This document shows positions 50,692 through 60,385 of a DNA stretch of 64,000 bases, piece after piece. The position numbers and the translations under genes are program-made. The DNA is from an uncultured Acidobacteriota bacterium (GTDB lineage Bacteria > Acidobacteriota > Thermoanaerobaculia > Gp7-AA8): contig CAVUKB010000007.1 of NCBI GenBank assembly GCA_963741955.1, forward strand, positions 960,001 to 1,024,000, given 5' to 3'. The notes under the pieces were generated by a model. It searched no databases, had not been told where the DNA came from, and saw only the letters and a list, made by a program, of their open reading frames with translations. How positions within the stretch are numbered: position 1 is the first letter of the stretch; every line of letters begins with the position of its first letter.

Positions 50692-50954
50692 GTCGCCGCC
50701 GAGTGAGTCGGGTCCGGAAGGGGTTCGATGCCGTCTCCTGCGTGCTCGGCCCGATCCACATCCATCATGCGCGCACGAGTCTTGACGGTCAAGCGACGCG
50801 GAACGGCACGGCACTCCTCTGTACGCGGCCGGTCCCGACGACACTGCACAGGACGAGAATTGTCGGGCTCATCTGCTGACGATTCATCTCCCGAGATCTC
50901 GTGGCCATTCGCGATGTCGCGAAGGATGCCGGTGTGAGCGAGCGGCGATCCGGA

Positions 50955-53357
50955 TCAGTTGCGCGTCAGCACGTCGTGCATGAGATTGATGGCCACTCGT
51001 TTCGGGGCTTCGGGGAGTTTGAGCGTCGAGTCGACGCTGCCGCTCTGATTGCCGATCAGGAGTGCCGCGCCGACTTTCACTCGCTGGTCGCGGCCGAATT
51101 CGAGATAGATCGGAACGACGGTTCGGAAGGTCGGGGAGACTTCGGATTGGGTGATCGTTCCGTGGATGCGATACATCCCGTCGGGCTGCTTTTCCGCTGT
51201 GAGTTTCGATTCCAGTGAGGGGACATCCGTCCCGTACACCCACTGGTCGAAGAAATACTGCATGCTGCCGGTTCCGGCCGCCATCTGTGGCGTCATGGCC
51301 CTTTCCACGAATTTCTGGAAATCGGCGGTGGAAGGACTCTTCCCGTTTTCGGTGGCCACGAAGTCCTGGAGCATCCTGGCGAACGCCTCGTCGGGATTGG
51401 CGGCGTGGGGGTCGCGCATGAGCATTCGGAGCATGTGGAGCACATATGCCCCTTTCGAGTAGACGATCGTCGAATAGGCCCCGGGCGTCCATTGTGTCGA
51501 CAGACGTACGCCGTCCGTGATCGGTCCGGCTTCCTCAGCCGGACGCCCGCTTCGTTTGTCGAAGATCTCCTGTCGTCTGCGTTCCCAGTACCTGTCGCTG
51601 GAACCGGGTCCTTCGGTCAACTCGAGCACGAGCGCCGATGTGAATTCCGCAAAGCCCTCGGAGAGCCACTGATCACGGTAGGACTGCCATCCGACCTCGT
51701 GGCCCCACCACTGATGGGCGAGCTCGTGCCATCCGACCATCTTCGCGAACTCGTTCATATCCGTCATGCCGCGTGGCCCGAGGTGCTCTCCCATCATCGC
51801 CCGATCGACGCCGGCCGTGAGCGCGAGGCCGGGAAGATAGATCAGCGACGGCCATGACTGTCCGAAGCTCCATTCCGCCTGCTGGGTCACAGAGATGGGC
51901 GAGTACGGTGCGGTACCGAAGAAAACTCTTCCCACGCGCGTGGCGTTCTGAGCGTCGGCCATCGTGTCGCGCGCCTTTTTTGCGAAACTCCTCTCGGTGT
52001 AGACGTCGATCTCCACGCCTGCTTCCTTGTCGACGCGATGAATCTTTTCGAATCGGCCGTAGTTGAACCCTGCGATCCGCATCGGTTTCTCGCTCTCCCA
52101 GACCATGATCCGCCGGCCGCTTTCGGTCGTGTCGCTGGCCAGTTGACCGGTGGCGACGAGATCGTGGCGGGCGGGAAAGCGAAACGTGAGCTCGTACGAT
52201 GCAGTGTCGGCGAACGTTCCGACGTTCGGATACCAGCTCGACCGCGCACGGACCGAGTAGCTTCCGAGCCCGACCGGCCGCAACACGTCGGATCCCTCGT
52301 ACCGGATGTTCAGCTTCACCTCCCGTCCTTCGGCAAGCGGTTCGGGGAACACCACGGCCGCGTCGGCATCGGCCGCCATTTCGGTGAAGATGCGGGCGAA
52401 CCAACCTTTCTCGAAGTCTTCCTGGACGATCCCGAGCTCGACGTCCTTCCCGCCGATGGTCGCCGTTGCCTGACCGATTCGAAGTTTCGGGAGGATGTGC
52501 AAGGGGAGGACCCGGAGACCGGGTCGAGTCGTGCGGAGCGTAATGGTCGTGTCGCCGGTGATCGAGGTGTTGGAGGCGATGGTCGTGTCGACGACATAAT
52601 CGGTCGCATCGACGGGAAACTGCAGCGGCTTCCCGTGTCCGGCGGGCCATCCTTTACGGGATGAGGCGAGATACCAGAAGCCACCGTTGTTCTGGTCGAG
52701 TGAGAGGAGCGCCGACTCTTCGCCTCCGAACGATGCGAAGCTCGCGGTGACATTGCCGATCCCGAGTGGATCGACTGCGATGAGCGCTGGAGCGTATTTG
52801 TGCCCGTCGACCGGCGCGAGGAACACGCCGGATGACGGATTCGCGTCGAGAATGTCGCGGAGGATTCGAAGGTGGAGATTGATTTCGTAGTCTTTCCGCT
52901 GTCGCTCGAGGTACTCCCTGTAGATGTGGACCGCGGCCGGATCAGCGGGTCCGGTGGTCATGCGGCCAATCGACGCAATGTCGAACGCAGTGCGATCCGA
53001 GAAGAGAAGAACGAGGGAGTCGAACGTGTCGGAGAGTGCCCGGACATTCGGATCGCCGAGCACCACACCGAGGTGGCGACGCTCGGATTCGTTCGCGGGG
53101 ACGAGCTCATAGCTGCCTTCTCCGATGAAGACGGCGCCGAATGTGTGGCCGTCCACCGGAGCGAGGAAGTGGAAACTTCCCGTTCGGAAGTGGAACTGGA
53201 ACGCGTCGCGCGTGAGACCGAAGCCCTCCACTGCGACGATCCGGCCGTCGGGAAGCGCCGCGCGCAGGCTCTGGTACTCCGGAATCTCGGCCGGGAATGC
53301 GGAGAAGGTGAAGAGGAGCGAGAGAAACAGCAGTGCATGGGGCGCAAATCGGCGCAT
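50955..53357 (-). CDS. M1-family (gluzincin) aminopeptidase, exported
   Basis: HELAHQWWG...WLSEGFAE and VYSKGAYVLHMLR. Signal peptide. Confidence 0.9.
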   Translation of the reverse strand: MRRFAPHALLFLSLLFTFSAFPAEIPEYQSLRAALPDGRIVAVEGFGLTRDAFQFHFRTGSFHFLAPVDGHTFGAVFIGEGSYELVPANESERRHLGVVLGDPNVRALSDTFDSLVLLFSDRTAFDIASIGRMTTGPADPAAVHIYREYLERQRKDYEINLHLRILRDILDANPSSGVFLAPVDGHKYAPALIAVDPLGIGNVTASFASFGGEESALLSLDQNNGGFWYLASSRKGWPAGHGKPLQFPVDATDYVVDTTIASNTSITGDTTITLRTTRPGLRVLPLHILPKLRIGQATATIGGKDVELGIVQEDFEKGWFARIFTEMAADADAAVVFPEPLAEGREVKLNIRYEGSDVLRPVGLGSYSVRARSSWYPNVGTFADTASYELTFRFPARHDLVATGQLASDTTESGRRIMVWESEKPMRIAGFNYGRFEKIHRVDKEAGVEIDVYTERSFAKKARDTMADAQNATRVGRVFFGTAPYSPISVTQQAEWSFGQSWPSLIYLPGLALTAGVDRAMMGEHLGPRGMTDMNEFAKMVGWHELAHQWWGHEVGWQSYRDQWLSEGFAEFTSALVLELTEGPGSSDRYWERRRQEIFDKRSGRPAEEAGPITDGVRLSTQWTPGAYSTIVYSKGAYVLHMLRMLMRDPHAANPDEAFARMLQDFVATENGKSPSTADFQKFVERAMTPQMAAGTGSMQYFFDQWVYGTDVPSLESKLTAEKQPDGMYRIHGTITQSEVSPTFRTVVPIYLEFGRDQRVKVGAALLIGNQSGSVDSTLKLPEAPKRVAINLMHDVLTRN

Positions 53358-53622
53358 TGAAACCTCTCGATTCGGAATCAGCTGCAGGCCGATTCTACGA
53401 TGGGGATCGTGCCGCGCATTGTGATGCCGATCTCAGGAGTGTGTTCGGGCCGGCGAGGCGGTACGGCGGGGCTTCCGCAGAGTACTTCCGCGTCGCGCGG
53501 ATGGATACGCTGCCGCGCGGAGGGATTTTGATTTCCGCACTCCGCCGCTACTCGAATGGAAGCGACCGCTCATTGCTTCGGCAGCCGGACTGTTTCCGCC
53601 GCACGTGAGCCGTTCCCGTCGA

Positions 53623-54693
53623 TCACGCCACGCCGGCGTCGTCCAGTGCCTGGTCGAGATACCTCGCGGCGCTGACCAGGCCGAGATGAGTGAAGGCCTG
53701 GGGGAAGTTGCCGAGGTATCTCCCTGTGCCGTCCATCTCTTCGGCGAACAGGCCGACGTGGTTCGAGTAGCCGTGCATCTTTTCGAAAAAGAGGCGGGCG
53801 GTCTGGATGTCTCCGGCTCGGGCCAGACATTCGACGTACCAGTAGGAGCACATGCAGAAGGTTCCCTCTGTGCCGGCCAGCCCGTCGGAAGCCGCCTCCT
53901 CGACCCGGTAGCGATAAACGAGCGAGTCGTCCACGAGTTGGTGGCCAATGCCGGAGAGAGTGGAGCGCCATCGCGGATCCTTCGAAGAGACCAGACCGAC
54001 CATCGCCATGAAGAGTGTCGACGCATCGAGCGTGTCGGCTCCTTTGTGCTGGATGAATGCCTGACGCTTTTCGCTCCAGAAGTTTTCGTAGATCTCGCGG
54101 TAGATCCGATCACGCATGTCGTGCCACGCGACGAGCGGGGAGGGGAGTGAGCGGCGCCGGGCGATCCGCGACGCGCGGTCCAGTGCGACCCACGACATGA
54201 TCCGCGAGTAGAGGAACTCCTGCTGTCCGCCGCGAACTTCCCAGATTCCCTCGTCCTTACGCTCCCAGTTGCTCGCGATCCACTCCACCGAGCGGCTGAA
54301 CTTCTTCCACTGGTCGTAAGAGACGGGCTCGACGTACTGGTCGTAGAGGTCGATCATGTACATCAGCTCTCCATAGATGTCGAGCTGGAGTTGACCGGCT
54401 GCGCCGTTGCCGATCCGGACCGGAGACGAGCCTTTGTATCCCTCGAGGTGATCGAGGGTCTCCTCTTCGAGGTTGCTCCGCCCGTCGATGCCATACATGA
54501 TCTGCAGCTTTCCGTCGGGGGAGCCTTCGTAACGGTCCTCGATCCAGCGGACGAATCGCTCCGCCTCGTCATCGAAGCCGAGAGAGATCAGGCTCGCTGC
54601 CGTGAGTGAGCCATCGCGGATCCAGGTGAAGCGGTAATCCCAGTTCCGCTCTCCGCCGACCATCTCGGGGAGGCCGAACGTCGCGGCGGCGGC
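53623..54693 (-). pseudogene. 5'-truncated glycoside hydrolase family 15 (trehalase/glucoamylase-like)
   Basis: AAAATFGLPEMVGGERNWDYRFTWIRD, QLDIYGE, GIWEVRG and GNFPQAFTH. In-frame stop at 54706-54708, and the N-terminal domain is absent. Confidence 0.8.
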
Positions 54694-54970
54694 AGGTGGG
54701 ATCGATCACGCTTCCAAAGTGACTCGTCCACCGGCCGGATTCACCTCGTCCCGACGGCTTCGCCCCCGCCGCCTCCCATGGATGGTCGATTCGTGGTCGA
54801 ACTGCGGGTTTCCACAATCCGCGCCGCGGCTCTCTCCGGACAACTGATTCGGAAGATGAGCGGGCGGCGCACGGCGCGAATCGGCGGCAACCGCCACTTC
54901 CATACGTGAGTCTGAGTCGTACCCTCCAATCAGGCGAACAGGATCCACTTCAGCAATAAGGAAGCGAGTC

Positions 54971-55159
54971 AACCCGGACTATTCACGGGACCTCTGCTGC
55001 GGAGCGCGATCCGGGCCTCTCTGCGACGTCAGACGACGATTTTGCTTCTCAACGTAGTGCAGCGAAAACGCCTCCTCGCAAAATCGCCATCTACCTTGCA
55101 TCCATTCCGCTTTGCGGGATCGCACTCCTCGCGACGAAATCCGGTGAATAATCCCGGTT
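54971..55159. mobile_element. ~189-bp MITE-like long hairpin element related to 44946-45128
   Basis: Ends aacccggactattcacggga / tccggtgaataatcccggtt (17/20 inverted). Shares internal ctctgctgcggagc, ccttgcatcca and ctcctcgcgacga with the other copy. Confidence 0.65.
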
Positions 55160-55259
55160 AAAGGAAACTCCTCGTCCGGTCCGGGCCCGGAATTCGCACT
55201 TCACCCGAGGCGAGTCGAGCATCGAGCTCGACGGAGGATGAAATTCGAGGTCGTATTCG

Positions 55260-56465
55260 TTGAAAAGGGTCATTGCTGCAGCAGTCTTCTTCACCTTCTT
55301 CGCCGCACTCGCAAGTGCTTCGAACCTCCCGGGATTTCGCGCGGAAAAAGTCGCGGGCACGTCGGGATTTCTCACCTCGCTGACCTTCGACTCGAAGGGT
55401 CAGATCTTCTATTCGATCACTACCGGTGAGATCTACCGCCTCGACGGCGAAGTGAGCGTCGAGCTGACGAAGGTTCCGACAGTCAGCCTCGGGGACGCGA
55501 ATCTTCTCGGCATCGCGATCCTGGACGACGATCACGTCGTCGCGCACTACGTCAGTCCCGATCTGACCACCGACGTTCTTTCCAAGGTGGACCTGCGAAA
55601 CGGAGACGAGCAGTGGATCACCCGCTTTCCTTGCGACGACGGCCGGCCGTGCTCGAGCGAGCATCACGGCGGCAATCCGACCGTCGCTCCGGACGGGAGC
55701 ATCTACTTCGGAATAGGAGATTACGGCGGAGGGATCCGCGCGCAGTACGTCGAGTATCCGGCGGGAAAGATCTACCGGATCTCGCCTGAAGGGGAGGCGA
55801 CGCAGTTCGCGCGCGGGGTGCGGAATCCGTACGACATGGTCTGGGATCCCGCCCTGCAACGTCTCATCGTCGGAGACAACGGGGCCGTCGGAGACGACGA
55901 GATCACGATCGCTGCCCCCGACGACAACCTCGGATGGCCGGTGATCTCGGGCTACCAGGCCGAGAGCGGAATGGTGACGCCTGCGTACGTCTTCCCGGAG
56001 ACGGTCGCGCCGACCGGCGTCGCACTCCTCAGCGCGAGAGGGGCATTTCCGGGAGGGCTGGTCGTCGCCTCGTTCGTGACTCACGCGCTCTACTACTTTC
56101 CCGATCTCGCTCCGCGGCCGCTTGCCGATCCGATTCCGCTGGTGATCGGATTCGATGCTCCGGTGATCGACGTCGCGCAGTCTCCCTCTGGAGCGATCTA
56201 CTTCGGAACACCCACCGCGATCTATCGTCTCGACGTCCCCGCGAGGGGCGACTGCAATGGCGATGGACGGATCGACGGAGCGGATCTCGACGCGCTCCTC
56301 CATGAGATCGGCGATGGGGACGGGACGGCGACGCTCTCGGCTCAGGACGGCTCGTTCTCCGGGAGCTGGGGATGCGACGTCGACGGAAACGGGTCGATCG
56401 ACATGACCGACTTCTACGCACTCGCGAAGGAAGTCGGGAAAAAGTGGCGCGGTGTGAGGCGGTGA
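55260..56465 (+). CDS. Glucose/sorbosone (PQQ-dependent sugar) dehydrogenase-like protein with a dockerin-like C-terminus
   Basis: HHGG...PDGSIYFGIGD, GVRNPY and NLGWP. GDCNGDGRIDGAD and DVDGNGSIDMTD EF-hand-like repeats. Confidence 0.8.
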   Translation: MKRVIAAAVFFTFFAALASASNLPGFRAEKVAGTSGFLTSLTFDSKGQIFYSITTGEIYRLDGEVSVELTKVPTVSLGDANLLGIAILDDDHVVAHYVSPDLTTDVLSKVDLRNGDEQWITRFPCDDGRPCSSEHHGGNPTVAPDGSIYFGIGDYGGGIRAQYVEYPAGKIYRISPEGEATQFARGVRNPYDMVWDPALQRLIVGDNGAVGDDEITIAAPDDNLGWPVISGYQAESGMVTPAYVFPETVAPTGVALLSARGAFPGGLVVASFVTHALYYFPDLAPRPLADPIPLVIGFDAPVIDVAQSPSGAIYFGTPTAIYRLDVPARGDCNGDGRIDGADLDALLHEIGDGDGTATLSAQDGSFSGSWGCDVDGNGSIDMTDFYALAKEVGKKWRGVRR

Positions 56466-56921
56466 GAGAGGCGGATCTCCCGTCGGAGCTGGTGGAGCGT
56501 TCTCCTCAGGAACAGTGCCGCGAACGCACCGCCGTCGGCTTCGATGACGACATCATTTGCTATGGATTGAGCGGACGCCTTTGCTCAGAGACGGTGGGGG
56601 TAGGCAGAATGGTCAGCGGCTCCGACGTCGATCTCAATTGCGCGAATTGCCATGGAGCGATCGGGTATCGCTCCCGGAACCGGTGTCGTAGCCGGTGTGG
56701 ATCGCGGCTTCGATGGCGACTTTATTTGCGCGATTTGAAACCCGCCGTTGAGGATACGGGTCGTTTGAAATATCAGAGCGCTCGATTCTCCGCTTACCGA
56801 GAGACGACCTCACGCGACAAGCGCCACGACTGCGATCTGCATTTTTCGCATTGGCCGCGGTCGCGATGAACCTGGTGTTCTCGCCACCGCCATCCGGCCA
56901 TCCCTTCTCCGACCGGATCGG

Positions 56922-57347
56922 CTAGGGGCACGCTCCGGGACCGTCGAAGATGATCTTCCATGTTCCGTCCGCCTGTTTCTGCCAGATCGACGAGTAGTAG
57001 CCGAGGAGTTTTCCTTCCGGGTCGTGAATCGGACCGGTCGACAGGGCCAGGTCTCCAGCGGCGTTGGTGACGACCCGCTCCGGTTCCCAGCTGAACGGAG
57101 GGGTCTGTTTCTTCAGGTACTCCGACCAGACCTGGCGAATCTCCGCCTTTCCGGAGAGATCTCGCCTGGCGGAGAGGAAGTGAGCGTCGTCGGCGACGAA
57201 TGCGAAGAAGGCGTCGGCGTCGCGATCCGCGAACGCTTTCGCGAAAGCGATCTCGGTGTTGCGGGCTTCGCTCGCCGGCTCGGCGGCGAGGAGGATCGCA
57301 GGAAAGAGGATGAAGAGGACCCCCGAAAGCGCGGCCATTCTTTTCAT
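56922..57347 (-). CDS. NTF2-like/DUF4440 exported protein
   Basis: Signal peptide, EIAFAKAF, GDLALSTG and SIWQKQADGTWKIIFDG. Confidence 0.85.
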   Translation of the reverse strand: MKRMAALSGVLFILFPAILLAAEPASEARNTEIAFAKAFADRDADAFFAFVADDAHFLSARRDLSGKAEIRQVWSEYLKKQTPPFSWEPERVVTNAAGDLALSTGPIHDPEGKLLGYYSSIWQKQADGTWKIIFDGPGACP

Positions 57348-57559
57348 GGGAGAGATCATGGTCGGGTCCGGGAGAGGTGGCGGAGACGATCCGGTGAACG
57401 TGCAGCGGCCGTGAGTTGAGAAATGCGGGTCAGCCGCCCGGTTCAGCCGGCGCGGATGAAGAGCGCGGCGAGGGGGAAGGATAGTCGGTTCAACGGCGAC
57501 GGAGGGAGTCGGGGAGCGCCGACGGACGACCCGCCGGCGTCCCATGAGGAGCGTGTGCG

Positions 57560-57991
57560 TCAGGCCTCGGCCCGGGCGCAGGTCTCGTCGAACGACTGGA
57601 CCAGCTCGCGAGCCACGTCGTGGGCCTCGCGACCCTCGATGTTGTGGCGCTCCCAGATCCGGGCGACTTCGCCATCGCGGAGAAGCGCGATCGACGGAGA
57701 CGACGGGCGGTATCCGGTGAAGTAGGAGCGGGCGTGCCTGGTCGCTTCGACGTCGTTTCCGGCGAAGACGGTGATCATCTCGTCCGGAAGGCACTTTGCG
57801 GATTCGAGTGCCATCGCGACGGCGGGCCGGGCCATGCCGGCTGCGCAGCCGCAGACGGAATTGACCACCACCAGGACGGTCCCTTTCCTTTTCCCGAGAA
57901 CCTGCTCGACCTCTTCGGCGGTGCGGGTCTCTTTGATTCCGATGCTGGTGAGCTCTTCGCGCATCGGCTGAACCAATCTCTCATCGTACAT
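57560..57991 (-). CDS. Bacilliredoxin BrxA/BrxB (YphP/YqiW) family
   Basis: LVQPMREEL, VNSVCGCAAGMARP, TVFAG, PSSPSIAL and RHNIEGR. Confidence 0.92.
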   Translation of the reverse strand: MYDERLVQPMREELTSIGIKETRTAEEVEQVLGKRKGTVLVVVNSVCGCAAGMARPAVAMALESAKCLPDEMITVFAGNDVEATRHARSYFTGYRPSSPSIALLRDGEVARIWERHNIEGREAHDVARELVQSFDETCARAEA

Positions 57992-58068
57992 GGGCGATAC
58001 CTCCTTCCTGCGTCGCGAACAACGGAGCGGCGCAGCGGATTATTCGCCCGGCCGGCCCCGGGAAAACT

Positions 58069-58611
58069 TCAGCTCGCCGGTGGTCCGGGGACGATCACTC
58101 CGCACCCGACCCGCGGTCCCGCGTTCCCTGAGGGTTGCGAAACGAAGTCGTCCGGATCGGCATGCACCACGACTGCGCGACCGGTGATCGAGCGGGGCCC
58201 GTCGGTCACGGTGATCGAGCTGGTGGTCATGCTGGTGTGCACCTCGCCGTTCGCGTTGGCGGTGACGTTGCCGAGATCGCCGGCGTGATGTGTCGCCGCC
58301 GCGGGGCTGCCGTGCGGGGCGCCGGTGGGATTGAAATGCCCCCCCGCCGACGTCGCGTCGGCCGCGCTGCAGTCACCCTTTTCGTGAACGTGAAATCCGT
58401 GCTCACCGGGCGTGAGTCCGGTCAGGTCGACGTCGACCCGGACCTGGTTCTCGCCGAGCTGCGTGAACCGGACGGTGCCCTGCACGTCCGAGCCGCTCTT
58501 CGGCTCGATGCTGGCGGTCGCCGTGGGAGCGGGCGCGCGGTGCGTGGCGCATCCGAGGGCGAGGAACAGACCCGCGAGGGAGAGGAGAGAGAAGAGGGGG
58601 AGCTTTCTCAT
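58069..58611 (-). CDS. sodC: Cu/Zn superoxide dismutase lipoprotein
   Basis: HGFHVHEKGDC, SAGGHFNP, HAGDLGN and GNAGPRVGCG. Lipobox LALGC. Confidence 0.93.
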   Translation of the reverse strand: MRKLPLFSLLSLAGLFLALGCATHRAPAPTATASIEPKSGSDVQGTVRFTQLGENQVRVDVDLTGLTPGEHGFHVHEKGDCSAADATSAGGHFNPTGAPHGSPAAATHHAGDLGNVTANANGEVHTSMTTSSITVTDGPRSITGRAVVVHADPDDFVSQPSGNAGPRVGCGVIVPGPPAS

Positions 58612-58791
58612 GGTGAACCTCCGCATGCGTTCGTCGTGCGATGTGCAGACCTGACCCGCAGGAAGGCATGCAAGCATCGGACCTCGATGGGGTGCGACAA
58701 TTGTAGACTGTGGAGGTTCGCGAATCCACGATCCTCTCGAATCCGTCGGATGACGACGCTCTTTCTCGCCGCTCACCGCTCACCGCTCGCG

Positions 58792-59181
58792 TCACGCGTA
58801 CACCGTCACCTGCCGGGATCGCGGTCCGTCGAGCTCGACGAAGTAGACCCCCTGCCAGCGCCCCAGCTCCAGCCGTCCATCGCGGTACGGGATCTGGAGC
58901 GATACGCCGATGATCGACGAAAGAAGGTGGGCATCCGAGTTTCCTTCCCCGTGGTCGAAGCGGACGTCCGGAATCATCGCGCGGAGGGCCCGGACGAGGT
59001 CCGACGGGACGTCGGGATCCGCGTTCTCGTTGATGGTCAGCGCGGCCGTGGTGTGCGGAGTGAAGACGGTACAGATTCCGTCGCCTCCGGCGACCTTCGC
59101 GAGCGCGTCCTGCACCTCGTCGGTGATGATGACGATCTGGATCGATTCGGCGGTCCTCACGGTGAAGGTGTGAGATTTCAT
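58792..59181 (-). CDS. yjbQ: YjbQ/UPF0047 family protein
   Basis: HTTAALTINENADPDV, HGEGNSDAH and LGRWQGVYFVELDGPR. Confidence 0.92.
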   Translation of the reverse strand: MKSHTFTVRTAESIQIVIITDEVQDALAKVAGGDGICTVFTPHTTAALTINENADPDVPSDLVRALRAMIPDVRFDHGEGNSDAHLLSSIIGVSLQIPYRDGRLELGRWQGVYFVELDGPRSRQVTVYA

Positions 59182-59245
59182 GAGGAAAGCATAACCACTT
59201 CGGACCTCGCGATCCGAAAATCGAAATCGCTCGCGGGCTCGGCCT

Positions 59246-59251
59246 TATAAT
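59246..59251 (+). promoter_or_regulatory. Consensus -10 box (TATAAT) for a probably leaderless FHA operon mRNA
   Basis: TATAAT 6 nt before ATG 59258, with no SD. Confidence 0.6.
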
Positions 59252-59257
59252 CCGAGC

Positions 59258-60376
59258 ATGCTCAGAGTGGTGGTCGAGAAGCGCGGAGAGCTCCTCCGGG
59301 ACGAGGTTTTTCCCGGAGATCTGATCGTGGTCGGACGCGATCCGGCATGTGATCTTCTCCTCGACGACTCGTTCGTCTCGGCCCGGCACCTCGTGATCAG
59401 GCATGATGCGGACGCGAGGGACTTCCGGCTGTTCGATCAGAGCGTCAATGGGACGTTCTACGACGACCAGAGAGTGAGCACGCTCCGCTTCGACGCGCCG
59501 ACCCGGATTCGGATCGGGAACTTCGCCCTCACTCTGATCCCGGTGCGGCATTCCGATACCGCAGAGGCGCCGGTGGATCTCTATGCACCGACGGTACAGG
59601 AGCGGATCCCGACGGAAGAAGCTCGAATGCCGACGATGCCGCATCGCCAGATGCCGGCGCCGCTGATCGCCGGAGAGGTCGAACTGAGGACAAGCTCGGT
59701 GAACGGAGAGGTCCGCACTCTGGTCTTCGCCGGATCGGTCCTGATCGGCCGTTCCCCGGAGTGCGATCTACGGTTCGAGTCGCGCGAGATCTCACGGCGT
59801 CATTGCATGATCTCTCCGGGAGAGAGCGGATACCTCGTGAGACGGCTCTCCGACAGGAATCCGGTCGAAGTGAACGAGCGCTCCCTCGCGCCGGGAGAGA
59901 GCATGCCCCTTCGCGACGGAGACGTGATCAGACTCTGCGACGAGGAGCTCCTCTTCCTTCACCCGGCGACGCAGAGCAGCCGGGCGGCGAAGATGCAGCT
60001 GGCCCGCGAAGCGGCTCCGAATCTCGATCTGGTGGTCACCCCGCGCAGCTGCTCGGACGGATCGATCCGCGCGTTCGACGTGATCGGCTTTCTCGGCGTG
60101 AAGACCGCGCAGAAATTCGAAGAACAGATGCTGATGAATGTCGGGATGTCCGGCCGGGTGCTGGTGGATCTCGGCTACCTGGTCGGCATCGACAGCGCGG
60201 GAATCGCCACTCTCGGCCGGGTGATTCGCGACGCGGAACGGAGGAACGTTCCGATTCAGCTGATCCGGGTCACCCCGCGCATCGCGGATCTCATAGCCCT
60301 CTCGCCGCTCGAACCGGTGCTGAGCGGGTACATCTCGAATACGGAAGACACTGCGATCCGACGCCTGATCGCCTGA
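59258..60376 (+). CDS. FHA-FHA-STAS domain protein
   Basis: VGRDPACD...VSARH...SVNGT and IGRSPECD...ISRRH. C-terminal VDLGYLVGIDSAGIATL STAS motif. Confidence 0.85.
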   Translation: MLRVVVEKRGELLRDEVFPGDLIVVGRDPACDLLLDDSFVSARHLVIRHDADARDFRLFDQSVNGTFYDDQRVSTLRFDAPTRIRIGNFALTLIPVRHSDTAEAPVDLYAPTVQERIPTEEARMPTMPHRQMPAPLIAGEVELRTSSVNGEVRTLVFAGSVLIGRSPECDLRFESREISRRHCMISPGESGYLVRRLSDRNPVEVNERSLAPGESMPLRDGDVIRLCDEELLFLHPATQSSRAAKMQLAREAAPNLDLVVTPRSCSDGSIRAFDVIGFLGVKTAQKFEEQMLMNVGMSGRVLVDLGYLVGIDSAGIATLGRVIRDAERRNVPIQLIRVTPRIADLIALSPLEPVLSGYISNTEDTAIRRLIA

Positions 60377-60385
60377 GGAGCCCTC

